54,689 nt of DNA from a virus. Lineage: Duplodnaviria > Caudoviricetes. Made by a program: the position numbers and the translations under genes. Below the pieces are notes generated by a model, which searched no databases, was not told the origin of the DNA, and saw nothing but the letters and a program-made list of their open reading frames with translations. Within the stretch, counting starts at the first letter, position 1. Each line of letters begins with the position of its first letter. Below, piece after piece: positions 43,518 to 52,490 of this stretch. The stretch lies in IMG/VR virus record IMGVR_UViG_3300008113_000294, positions 1-54,689 of that record. The stretch is one strand, 5' to 3'.

Positions 43518-45167
43518 TTACGCCACCGTGCCGTTTTCGAGCCAGAGGGTTTTGCCACCGACCTTGCTAAGGTCTGGAGCCTCCTCGCGCTTAAGGATTG
43601 TTGCTGTTAAAAGCGCATTCTTGACCTTGGAGCGTAGCAGCTTAATCAGGCCGTTGCGCCCAGCGTTGTCTAGGATGTCGATGGCGTCAAAGACCAAGGG
43701 CAGATCGCCATCGTTCTTTTCGGCGACCTGTAGAATCACCCGCACCCGATATTGTTCTGAGGCGCTTAAGAATTCATAGCGGCGGCCATCGTAAGTGACG
43801 CTTAAATCCTCCTCCACAAAAACCTTTCTGTACCCCGATATCTGGCAAAGCTCAGCCAGCAGCGCGTTGTAACGTTCAAGCCCCTTTGATACCTTTTGCT
43901 TGCGGATACTCAAATCGCCATCCGCATCGAGATAAGCGGCAATATTAAGCGAGCGCTGTATCTTGTCCTGTATCTCTGTTGCGGCATGGTATTGCTTGAT
44001 TAAATCCGCTGTTTTTAAGGCTTTTGTTGCCGCCTCAATAAGTGGGGCAGTGTCAATTTTTGAGCCATCCTGATTTTCGCTGATTCGCTTTAAAGCCTCT
44101 TTTGCTTCTCTGTAAACATTCAAAACCGGAACCCGTTCTTGCGCGGCCTGATCGTATGCCGCTTTCATGGATACCTTTTTCTGCTGTATCTGTGAGAATT
44201 TTAGGTTGCGTTCCTCTATCTGTTCTGGCGTCAATTCATCAGCCTTGCGCACTTTATCCGGTGCGCCGCTTGGTCCTTGATCAATGGCTATTTTGCCTGC
44301 GCAATGCGGGCATGCCCACCCGGTGCTGATCCACTTTTCCGCCTTCTTTTCCTCAGCGATGGCCTCGTTCCACTTTTTGCCCGCGCTATCGAGGCGAGCA
44401 TCAATTTCGGCGAGCTGCTTTTCTAAGGATGTAACCATTGCGGCCTTTTGTTCATCACCCTCGCGTAAAATTCCGATACGCGAGTTCGCAATATCCGCAT
44501 CACGCACTTGCTGCATAAGGGCTAAATATTGATCCCTGAAAACCGATTCCGGTTGCACGGCATCGGAATTGTTCAGGTCACTAGGTTGCCAGCCGTTGGC
44601 TTTTGCCGATCCCCATGCTTCCCCGGTGATAACGCGCCATTCTGTTTTTAAAGCCGTTGCCTGGTCTTTATAGAGCTTGCACGTTTCATCCCATGACGTA
44701 TCAATAATGCGCTTCCAGAGCTTTTGCCGATTGCCCTGCTCCATGTTAGGGAACGCGGCAATAATGTCATCAAGGGTAGGCATCATTCCTGTTGATTCTA
44801 AAAGGTGCAGCACCCGCTGCGCCGTTGTCATGTTAATAAAATTCAGCTGCCCGGTGAGTAAGGGATAACTTGATGGCGGCGATTCCCCGTCTGTTACATA
44901 TTCGCAGCTAGGATAGCTTAGGCTGGCTGTGCCGCCCTGATCCGATACGGTTATCACGGCCTTAGATTCACCATCCAGCACCAGCGATTCCGCTTCTTTT
45001 TTCTTTAGGTCAATCCCGGCGGGTTGCCACTGCCCACAAAGGACAGCGGCGACCGCCTGCGCAATACTGGTTTTTCCCTGGCCGTTATGCGCGGCCACCA
45101 AGGTTAACCCTTGCAAAGGTAGGGTTGCATTGCTGCAACCCCGAAAGTTTCTGATTTTTACTTGCAT
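43518..45167 (-). CDS. SMC/Rad50(SbcC)-like ABC ATPase
   Basis: I.NFRG; Walker A AHNGQGKTS; coiled coils with CPHC hook; LSASE signature; Walker B LVFDAID. Confidence 0.8.
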   Translation of the reverse strand: MQVKIRNFRGCSNATLPLQGLTLVAAHNGQGKTSIAQAVAAVLCGQWQPAGIDLKKKEAESLVLDGESKAVITVSDQGGTASLSYPSCEYVTDGESPPSSYPLLTGQLNFINMTTAQRVLHLLESTGMMPTLDDIIAAFPNMEQGNRQKLWKRIIDTSWDETCKLYKDQATALKTEWRVITGEAWGSAKANGWQPSDLNNSDAVQPESVFRDQYLALMQQVRDADIANSRIGILREGDEQKAAMVTSLEKQLAEIDARLDSAGKKWNEAIAEEKKAEKWISTGWACPHCAGKIAIDQGPSGAPDKVRKADELTPEQIEERNLKFSQIQQKKVSMKAAYDQAAQERVPVLNVYREAKEALKRISENQDGSKIDTAPLIEAATKALKTADLIKQYHAATEIQDKIQRSLNIAAYLDADGDLSIRKQKVSKGLERYNALLAELCQISGYRKVFVEEDLSVTYDGRRYEFLSASEQYRVRVILQVAEKNDGDLPLVFDAIDILDNAGRNGLIKLLRSKVKNALLTATILKREEAPDLSKVGGKTLWLENGTVA

Positions 45168-45192
45168 ATTCTTATCCTTTTAAGATTTTTGC

Positions 45193-46239
45193 TTAGTTGA
45201 AAAGTTCATCGTCATCCGCAAAGCCTGCTGGCGTTGGCAGTGGTGCTTTTACTGCTGGCGCTGGCTCAGGTTGTTTTTGCGGCTGTTGCTGTGTTACTGG
45301 CGCTGGCTGCTCCACCTCTGTTTGTTGTTGTTCTGGCTCTTGATAAACTTCTAGTTTAACTGGCGCACTTGTCAACGCCTGTTTTTCAGTTTTCGCAACT
45401 TTATTTTCCACCGCCTTAGGCTTGCTGGTTTTCTTTTCCAGTTCCTCTTTTGTGAAAAAATAATCAATCTCAACAAAGCCGTCTTTGATGCTTTGATAGA
45501 TGCGGCGCAGCTGCGCTAATTCTTGCGGCGACATGTTATCGCCTTTAATCTCATGCAAGATTCGCGCCTCAATCATGCCCTTGGTTACGCCTACTCCCTC
45601 AAATGCTTTTAGCATATCAGCGACCTGATCCGCGATGCTGCGCTTATCGCCTTTTTCCATGGTGCGGCGGCAAAGCTCCTCTGTTTTATCCTGCAAATCC
45701 TGCGGAATAATGGCTAATATGCAAGCCCGCACCGTGCGTTGTGCAAAGTTAATCACATGCTGGCGCACTTCATTAGGATCGGTGATTTTCTTAATGCTTC
45801 CCCCTGCCTTTCTCTCATGTTTAATAATGACTTGGCTGCGCCTACTGGTGTTGCGTTCCATATCCCATGCGTAGCAAACAGCCTCGCTTTCGTTATCGTC
45901 ACTGCGCACCACATTAAATCCATAGTCGATATTCATGTACGCCGCCGCCATCATCTCAGCAGCTTTAATGCTAAGTCCTTCGACTCGTTCACCGCCGCGT
46001 GGCAAGCTGTAGATTGCGGATTTCGCAAAATCAAAGCGTGAGCAGTTGCCCTCGATTTCAGCGTTGATTTCGTGCAGCTGGATGCGCCGGGGGAACATTC
46101 GCGCCAGCTGTATCTTTGCTTTAATCTCTTGCAGCGTCCTTGTATCTTCTAGGGATGTTTGATGTTGCAAAATTCCCCCGTATCCCTGTTGTGGTGCAGG
46201 CGCTTGTAAATCCTGCATAACTTGTACTTCATTCGCCAT
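45193..46239 (-). CDS. Putative recombination/ssDNA-annealing-associated protein
   Basis: AR.FPR; Y..PRGG..V.G.SI..AE; AWD.E.N; acidic DDDELF tail; adjacent to the nuclease. Confidence 0.55.
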   Translation of the reverse strand: MANEVQVMQDLQAPAPQQGYGGILQHQTSLEDTRTLQEIKAKIQLARMFPRRIQLHEINAEIEGNCSRFDFAKSAIYSLPRGGERVEGLSIKAAEMMAAAYMNIDYGFNVVRSDDNESEAVCYAWDMERNTSRRSQVIIKHERKAGGSIKKITDPNEVRQHVINFAQRTVRACILAIIPQDLQDKTEELCRRTMEKGDKRSIADQVADMLKAFEGVGVTKGMIEARILHEIKGDNMSPQELAQLRRIYQSIKDGFVEIDYFFTKEELEKKTSKPKAVENKVAKTEKQALTSAPVKLEVYQEPEQQQTEVEQPAPVTQQQPQKQPEPAPAVKAPLPTPAGFADDDELFN

Positions 46240-47080
46240 ATGGTTTCTCCTTTGCTGGCATGTGTTCGCGGCAAAAATTCGTGTTGTATGCCGGGCAGTA
46301 TTTGGGACCGCACAACATACTTGACGGGTTTGCTATAAAAGCAAATTCAAGAGGCTGGCTTGCCGCCTTGCGTCTCTCAAACTCTTTGTGATCCGACATA
46401 AAGCGCCGGATCGTGGATGCCGCAGACTGTTCTGCTAGGGATGCATCATATTCTGTGTATTGCGCATGCGGCTGTGCCTTGGTGATACTCACACGCGGCA
46501 AGTAATCCACGGCCAGCAAGTCAACCGGGTAATTGTGTTTGCGCAGCATGTAGTGGTACGCGCCGATTTGTGGCAAGTGCATTTTAGCCTTTGCCCCGGT
46601 CTTTAAATCCCTGAGTGCGCTAGGGTGCGCGGCCATCAAATCGATAGTGCCTTTTAAAACGTACCCCACCGCGATGTTAACCGTCATCTTGTACTCAACC
46701 CGCACCGGGTTAATGCTGGGAGCAATGCCCCGCATATATTCCCCGACCATGCGCAGCGTTTGTTTTTCGGCGGTGTTACGGTTAGGGCTGGTGTCATCCC
46801 ATAAGATGCCATCAGCAATGCCTGTGCTTAGCATATCAATCGCTTTTTCTTGCGTCTCTTTTAAAGGGGCAAGCGTGCCTGTATCAATCTTATAATCGAG
46901 CGTGTACTGCGCCCCGGTATGCACCGCCGTACCGACACTCGCGCCTATGACGCGGTTAGATTCGCGCAAGTTATAACCGCTTTCCTGAAGCTCTTTTTTA
47001 AGCATCTTTGCAGCAGCGCGGCGCGGGCAATCCGCGTACTCTGTTAAGCTGCTGGGGTGTATCTCTATGAGGTTCGACAT
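46229..47080 (-). CDS. PD-(D/E)XK nuclease, Cas4/RecB-like with probable Fe-S cysteines
   Basis: CPRR; GTAVH; GTID...DLKTG; Q...Y; C...YC......C. Confidence 0.8.
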   Translation of the reverse strand: MSNLIEIHPSSLTEYADCPRRAAAKMLKKELQESGYNLRESNRVIGASVGTAVHTGAQYTLDYKIDTGTLAPLKETQEKAIDMLSTGIADGILWDDTSPNRNTAEKQTLRMVGEYMRGIAPSINPVRVEYKMTVNIAVGYVLKGTIDLMAAHPSALRDLKTGAKAKMHLPQIGAYHYMLRKHNYPVDLLAVDYLPRVSITKAQPHAQYTEYDASLAEQSAASTIRRFMSDHKEFERRKAASQPLEFAFIANPSSMLCGPKYCPAYNTNFCREHMPAKEKPYGE

Positions 47081-47169
47081 GCCGGTTTTCTTAGGTTTTT
47101 ATCCTTGCTTGTGTGTGTAAATACACTTACTGTTTCTGTCAATATAAATCTCATAAAAGGGAGCGCCGC

Positions 47170-47619
47170 ATGGCAAAAATTGTAAAGCAAAAGGTGACTG
47201 TAAATCCTTTATCAGAATCAGAACGTACCGCTCATTTGGAATGGATAAACACCAAGATTGCCGCATCAAAAGTTTATAACGTATTGCCCATGGGAAAACC
47301 CCGCATGACGCAACGCGACCGCTGGAAAAAAAGATCCGTTGTGTTGCGGTATCATGCTTTTTGCGACCAGGTGCGCGAGCTGAAAATGGAAGTGCCAGCA
47401 AGCGGCGCACACATCATCTTTGTTTTGCCCATGCCGGATTCATGGCCGCAAAAAAAGAAGGCAGCAATGTTAAAAATGCCACACCAGCAAAAGCCCGATA
47501 AAGACAATATGGAAAAGGGCTTATTAGATGCGCTGTTAGGCGAGGATTCTCACATTTGGGATAGCCGCGTCACCAAAATCTGGGGGCATTCCGGGGCGAT
47601 ACTTATGGGGAAAATATAG
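47170..47619 (+). CDS. rusA: RusA-family Holliday junction resolvase
   Basis: KPRMT.RD.W; KPDKDN..K...DAL...D..IWD. Confidence 0.8.
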   Translation: MAKIVKQKVTVNPLSESERTAHLEWINTKIAASKVYNVLPMGKPRMTQRDRWKKRSVVLRYHAFCDQVRELKMEVPASGAHIIFVLPMPDSWPQKKKAAMLKMPHQQKPDKDNMEKGLLDALLGEDSHIWDSRVTKIWGHSGAILMGKI

Positions 47620-47620
47620 G

Positions 47621-47648
47621 TTGACCCCCATTCTTTATGCTTTATTAA
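47621..47648 (+). promoter_or_regulatory. Promoter TTGACC-N16-TATTAA
   Basis: Upstream of the replication operon. Confidence 0.4.
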
Positions 47649-47685
47649 TATGTGTAAATATCACATATTTAAAAAAGGAAAAAAA

Positions 47686-47877
47686 ATGGCACGGCCTAAA
47701 TTACCCTTCACAAAAGAGCGCGTTCACCTCAACATAAATCCGTTTCTTTTGAGTGCTTTAAAAATAGAAGCTCATGCTCAAAAGCGATCTATATCCGCGC
47801 ATATAGAGTTGATGCTTGAAAACTATATCGCAATAACCCCACCAAATCATGATCCAGCTGTCCGCCACAATAGTTAG
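47686..47877 (+). CDS. Ribbon-helix-helix/Arc-like regulator
   Basis: RVHLNI...L...LK.EA..QKRSIS..IE..L. Confidence 0.6.
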   Translation: MARPKLPFTKERVHLNINPFLLSALKIEAHAQKRSISAHIELMLENYIAITPPNHDPAVRHNS

Positions 47878-47925
47878 GCAAAAATCACTCTAAAAATGCC
47901 CACTCAATAAAAAAACGAGGCGATA

Positions 47926-48951
47926 ATGTTACCCTACTATCCATTTTTCTGGGGCGATTATTCAAATAAAACGTTCGATTTAACAACCTATCAACATGGG
48001 GTCTACTTCCTTCTTTTAAGGCGAATTTATTCAAAAGGGGAACCCATCCCACACGAGCAACGCTATAGCATTGCTAAAGCATTGCTTGACCAAGAACGAA
48101 GCGATGTTGACTTTGTGCTTGCCGAATACTTCATCAAAAAAGGAGATGCGTGGACCAACAATCGCGCCATGGCGATTATCCGTGAGACCAATGCCAAGCA
48201 TGAAAAGCGCGTAAAGGCTGGCGAGAAGGGCGGAAAAAAAGCAAAATCCACCGCCAAGCAAAGCTCAAGCAATGCTCAAGCAATGCTCAAGCAACCAGAA
48301 CTAGAACCAGAACCATATATACACACTATTATAAATAATAGTGTGTGTGAGAGCGTGCGCGAGGCAGAGCCTGAAAACGCAGCAAAGCCCACCCCCACAC
48401 TTTCCGCTTGCGCGGATAAAAAAAATAATTTAAAAAATGGTGGGGAAAAAGAAGGTAAATCAGATGGAAGCGCCGGAAACAAACGATCACACAGCGGTAA
48501 AGGATCAAGTTTGCCAGCCGATTGGCGACCTAGTGAAAAGTGCTTGGAATCCGCGAGTGGGATCGGCGTCACCCCTCAGCAGCTCAAGCTCTCAGAGCAT
48601 CGATTCCGCGATCATTTCCTTAACCGAAAGGGCAAAGGGGAAACTTCAAACGACTGGGACGATACCTTCCTTGCCTGGTGCGCTGGTGATGCGCAGAAGC
48701 GAGCAGCCGCAACGGAACGAACTGGTGGTAACGCCGCAGCGGCTGGATCTGGAAATGCCGCTAACCAAAAGCGAGGCTATTTCGATACGATCCTTGCTGG
48801 ATCGGCTAGAGTCGCTCAAAAGCAGCTTGCTAGGGCGCGGCAGGAACAGCTCGACAGAGGATTACTCAGTACGCCTAATTTTCCTGAATACCCCGTTGAT
48901 ATCATCACAGGACAAGACGGAACTGCTGAGGGCGGTAGCGAGGCCATCTGA
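47926..48951 (+). CDS. DUF1376 (YdaU-like) replication initiator with DnaT-like C-terminal domain
   Basis: PYYPF..GDY...T..L...QHG.Y.LLL; LP.DW.PS...F.DHF....DW..TF..W. Confidence 0.8.
   Translation: MLPYYPFFWGDYSNKTFDLTTYQHGVYFLLLRRIYSKGEPIPHEQRYSIAKALLDQERSDVDFVLAEYFIKKGDAWTNNRAMAIIRETNAKHEKRVKAGEKGGKKAKSTAKQSSSNAQAMLKQPELEPEPYIHTIINNSVCESVREAEPENAAKPTPTLSACADKKNNLKNGGEKEGKSDGSAGNKRSHSGKGSSLPADWRPSEKCLESASGIGVTPQQLKLSEHRFRDHFLNRKGKGETSNDWDDTFLAWCAGDAQKRAAATERTGGNAAAAGSGNAANQKRGYFDTILAGSARVAQKQLARARQEQLDRGLLSTPNFPEYPVDIITGQDGTAEGGSEAI
48067..48340. repeat. Iteron-like 11-bp repeats (CAAGCAATGCT) with an AT-rich tract; putative origin
   Basis: Direct copies at 48255, 48266, 48277, partial 48288; inverted copies at 48067 and 48078. 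Confidence 0.65.
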
Positions 48952-49330
48952 GTTCAACGCAAATTATCATCTCACCCGGCTTTCATCTTTTAAAATCTTT
49001 CCAGATGGCGCTGCAAAGTGGGATACTTTTTTGGAGGTTATGTCGGAAGCCTGCACCGAATATCCTGAATTTGCCCTTTTCGAGACTGTACAGCACTTTT
49101 TGAAGTCGGACACTAGGGAGGATAAGCAGCGCCCCTTCTACCCTAACTCTACGGAGCTCCTAGAGGCAATGCGGGGCTATTCTAAACGGGTACTAGACCT
49201 ATTCGAGCGCGTAGAGCGAAACGAGAGTGAATATAATCCACCCATCCCTGCCCGCTATGATGAATTCGATGCGCAGTACGTCTGTGACGTCTCAGGGAAA
49301 AATTGCCGCCCGATTATCCCCAAAGCATAA
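48755..49330 (+). CDS. Hypothetical protein (possible helicase-loader-like), overlapping the initiator; start uncertain (48464 or 48755)
   Basis: Frame open 48437-49330; EYP.FA...; FYP...EL. Confidence 0.5.
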   Translation: MPLTKSEAISIRSLLDRLESLKSSLLGRGRNSSTEDYSVRLIFLNTPLISSQDKTELLRAVARPSEFNANYHLTRLSSFKIFPDGAAKWDTFLEVMSEACTEYPEFALFETVQHFLKSDTREDKQRPFYPNSTELLEAMRGYSKRVLDLFERVERNESEYNPPIPARYDEFDAQYVCDVSGKNCRPIIPKA

Positions 49331-49402
49331 TTAGATAAAATTAATCCTTGTAATTCAATTTTTTTCTTTGTACTAGCGATAGTATCTTAGGGAAAAATAA
49401 AA

Positions 49403-49834
49403 TTGCAAATCCTAGATATTAATCATATATTGCGCCCCGATGATGGCAGCAAAAAACCAGCCGATCTAATGATTTTTCGGTATAAGACCTTTAACTTTAT
49501 TGAGCATGACGAATTTCACGCCTGTTGCCGTATCCGCCGCGATTATCTTTTTTACATGATTGAGCAGCAGCACTTTGCAACGCAGCAGGCATTCGAGCGC
49601 AACAAGATGCGTTACTGGTGCAAGTACCGCGATGCACTGCAAGTCATCAACCCGGCAACGCAGCGAATGTTCACCGCGACCGTTCTTGACAATTTACCTG
49701 TAGGCAGGCCAGAACGATTCCCTAAAAAGCCTCCACCTGAGATGGCTGCATTCCGGTCCGCCTGCATAGAGCTTTTAAATTACTACAAAGAACTTGATAA
49801 AAATATTTCTTGCGTTCGCTTGACGCATATGTAA
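49403..49834 (+). CDS. Hypothetical protein
   Basis: 143-aa ORF, TTG start. Confidence 0.5.
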   Translation: MQILDINHILRPDDGSKKPADLMIFRYKTFNFIEHDEFHACCRIRRDYLFYMIEQQHFATQQAFERNKMRYWCKYRDALQVINPATQRMFTATVLDNLPVGRPERFPKKPPPEMAAFRSACIELLNYYKELDKNISCVRLTHM

Positions 49835-49845
49835 ATACAAACATT

Positions 49846-50109
49846 ATGACGAAAAAAAAGAAAGCGGCATCTAAAGCACCTCCACGAAAAAGACCCATCT
49901 TTACAAGCACAATCGACCCCGTGTTAGAAGAGGCTCTTGTTTCGCATTGCGAACGCGCAGGCAAAACTAAGGCGGATGTTATCGATACCGTTCTTTCTGA
50001 TTTTTTGTTAGGTTCAACAAATGCCCTTGATGGAGTAAGACATGGCAAAATCTCAAAAAAACCACGACCCTTTCGCAGAAAACGACTCGGAACCCAAAAA
50101 GAAGACTAA
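49846..50109 (+). CDS. Small RHH-like protein
   Basis: FTSTID..L...L...C...GKTKADVID..L. Confidence 0.45.
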   Translation: MTKKKKAASKAPPRKRPIFTSTIDPVLEEALVSHCERAGKTKADVIDTVLSDFLLGSTNALDGVRHGKISKKPRPFRRKRLGTQKED

Positions 50110-50575
50110 GGCAGGCGTCTACGATAAAGGCACGCCAGAATACTCTGCAAAACACAATATCCACAATCCTGAATTGCTTTCTTTGGTGGAGCGCATGGAG
50201 CGCCTCAAAGAAGACCTGCAGGCCGTGAATGATGATATTAAGGAACTTGCCACGGAAGTGAAAAATCGCGGCTTTGACGTGCCGATTTTTAAAGAGGTTC
50301 TTAAATACCGCAAAGACTCAAAAGCCTATGAGGAGAAGATTGCACTTGTGGGGACCTACGTTGAAGGGATTGGCGAAAACTTTGAGATCCCCGGCTTTTA
50401 TGAGCAGAGTCTGGCGCAAAAGGCGGATGATGAAATTAAGCGCAATGCTAAGGAAATCCACGATTCGTTTAAGGGTATCACCGCCGCTGGCGATGTCACT
50501 ATTACGGCGGGCGATAAATCAGCAACACTAAAAAAAGAAGACTTTCATCAAACCGATGATGAAGTATTCAGCTAA
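50042..50575 (+). CDS. GapR/DUF2312-like DNA-binding protein
   Basis: L.S.VER.ERL.E......DDIKE...E.K.RGFD......V...RK; GGAG RBS. Confidence 0.8.
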   Translation: MAKSQKNHDPFAENDSEPKKKTKAGVYDKGTPEYSAKHNIHNPELLSLVERMERLKEDLQAVNDDIKELATEVKNRGFDVPIFKEVLKYRKDSKAYEEKIALVGTYVEGIGENFEIPGFYEQSLAQKADDEIKRNAKEIHDSFKGITAAGDVTITAGDKSATLKKEDFHQTDDEVFS

Positions 50576-50590
50576 GGTAGTATTTTAATT

Positions 50591-51958
50591 ATGGCGAATA
50601 AAAAGAATAAAAATGCATCAATAGAAGGACTAAACCTTCCATTGCAGAAGGCATATAAAACTGAAATCGTGTATCGTGCGGTTGCCAGCCTTAAAGAGTA
50701 CGATGGCAACCCGCGTGCGCACCCGGAAAAGCAAGTTATAGACTTGGCGCAAAGCATATCCCGCTTTGGATTTTATGCCCCTATCATCTTAGATGAAAGC
50801 GGCGTTTTAATTGCAGGGCATGGCCGCCTTGCCGCCGCTAGGTTTTTGAAGCTAGAGGAAGTGCCGACCGTTACCATCCCTGATTTATCAGAGGATGAAA
50901 AAATAGCGTTACGGATTGCCGATAACAAAATCGCTGAAAATTCCGAATGGTCTGTTGATGGCCTCATTCAAGAAATGGAAAAGTTGCGGGTAAAAGATTT
51001 TGATATGTCTTTGACCGGGTTTGATGCAGACGAAGTAAGCAAGCTGCTGCGCCCTATTGAGGATTTCACAAACTTTGCCGCCGATCCAGATGATGCCCCG
51101 GATGTTGAGCCGAATCCTGTAAGCGCACCGGGTGATGTGTGGATTCTTGGAGCGCACCGGGTGATGTGTGGATCTGCAACCGAGGCTATGGATGTTGATT
51201 GCCTCATGGCAGGCGATAAGGCTGCCATGTGTTTCACCGACCCGCCGTACAACGTGGATTATAAGGGCGCGGCTGGAAAGATTAAGAATGATGCGCTAGG
51301 GGATGCCTTTGGCGCTTTCCTGCAGGCCGCATGCGATAACATTGTAAAGCACACCGCTGGCGGAATCTATATCTGTATGGCAGATAGAGAATTACATTCT
51401 TTGCACAGTGCCTTTATTAAAAGCGGTGGAAAGTTTTCAGTATATTTAATGTGGATAAAAAACACTTTTGTTTTTGACCCTTGGGATTATCACACCCAAC
51501 ATGAGCCTATTTTATACGGAAAATCAAAAGAAATCCCTTCCCTCCCTGAAGAGGGGTCTGTTGCGTCATATAAAGAAGGATATGAAGCTATATTGTATGG
51601 ATGGCCAGAAGGTATGCGCCACGTTTGGGAGGGAGGTAAAAAGCAATCAACTGTTTGGAAGCATGATAAGCCATCCAACAATAAAGTACATCCTACCATG
51701 AAACCAGTTGAGCTGGTAGAGCGTGCCATTCGTAACAGCAGCAAGCGCGACAATATCGTTCTGGATTTGTTTGGCGGTTCTGGATCGACACTCATTGCCG
51801 CTCAAAAGGCAGGCCGCCGCGCCTATCTCATGGAGATTGATACCCGCTTTGTTGACGTCATCATTCAACGCTGGCAAAATTTCACCGGGCAAAAAGCAAT
51901 AAATAAGGATACGGGATTGTCTTATGACGACACCAGAAAACTTAGAAAAGCCGATTAA
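50591..51958 (+). CDS. ParB-N domain + N6A/N4C DNA methyltransferase
   Basis: NPR.H; IAGHGR..AA; IADNK; TDPPYN; HPTMKPV; DLFGGSGST. Confidence 0.9.
   Translation: MANKKNKNASIEGLNLPLQKAYKTEIVYRAVASLKEYDGNPRAHPEKQVIDLAQSISRFGFYAPIILDESGVLIAGHGRLAAARFLKLEEVPTVTIPDLSEDEKIALRIADNKIAENSEWSVDGLIQEMEKLRVKDFDMSLTGFDADEVSKLLRPIEDFTNFAADPDDAPDVEPNPVSAPGDVWILGAHRVMCGSATEAMDVDCLMAGDKAAMCFTDPPYNVDYKGAAGKIKNDALGDAFGAFLQAACDNIVKHTAGGIYICMADRELHSLHSAFIKSGGKFSVYLMWIKNTFVFDPWDYHTQHEPILYGKSKEIPSLPEEGSVASYKEGYEAILYGWPEGMRHVWEGGKKQSTVWKHDKPSNNKVHPTMKPVELVERAIRNSSKRDNIVLDLFGGSGSTLIAAQKAGRRAYLMEIDTRFVDVIIQRWQNFTGQKAINKDTGLSYDDTRKLRKAD
51122..51173 (+). repeat. 23-bp exact direct repeat AGCGCACCGGGTGATGTGTGGAT inside the MTase
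   Basis: Copies at 51122-51144 and 51151-51173. Confidence 0.95.
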
Positions 51959-52490
51959 AAAAAAGCGAGCGAAGCTAAAAATTGACATATTCCGTCAAGA
52001 GTTAGTCAATGAGGCTTTAACTGGTAAACCTTTTATCCCTACCGAACAAATGCGGGCGGATGTCAAAACGATGGCCGCTTTAGGCATGCCTGAAAAAGCA
52101 ATTGCAATCCTCACTAGAAACCCCGATACGGGTAAAAGTATTGATGTTGACACCCTTAAAAAGCACTTTGAAAATGAAATCATAGCTGGCGCGGCTAACT
52201 CTTATCGCAGCACGCTTATGAATCTTTTTCGGATTTCTCAGTCGAATGAAATAAACGCAACGGTTTTATCCGCTATAGAAAAGTTTCTAGCAAGAATGGA
52301 GCGGCGCTTTGCTGATCCAGAAGATTTAAGAACAGAGCAACCGCCTGCAACCTCTGTTACTGTGAATATTGATAACCGCAGCCAGATAGCTTTTACGGAG
52401 GAACAACTTTTTAAATTGTCAAAAGAGGATTTAAAAAAATTGCATGAAATCAGACAAAGAATCCCTAATGATCCAGAAGGTTCTTTATGA
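51924..52490 (+). CDS. Terminase small subunit (putative)
   Basis: PTE..R..V..MA..G.P...IA; TL.KHF..E; position before terL. Confidence 0.7.
   Translation: MTTPENLEKPIKKKRAKLKIDIFRQELVNEALTGKPFIPTEQMRADVKTMAALGMPEKAIAILTRNPDTGKSIDVDTLKKHFENEIIAGAANSYRSTLMNLFRISQSNEINATVLSAIEKFLARMERRFADPEDLRTEQPPATSVTVNIDNRSQIAFTEEQLFKLSKEDLKKLHEIRQRIPNDPEGSL

Noticed and set aside
46229-47080. CRISPR-Cas system suggested by the Cas4-like nuclease
   Set aside because: No repeat-spacer array or other cas genes seen; solo Cas4-like nucleases are common in phages.
50591-51000. ParABS plasmid-prophage partition system
   Set aside because: The ParB-N domain is fused to a methyltransferase beside the terminase, a common arrangement, and there is no ParA.
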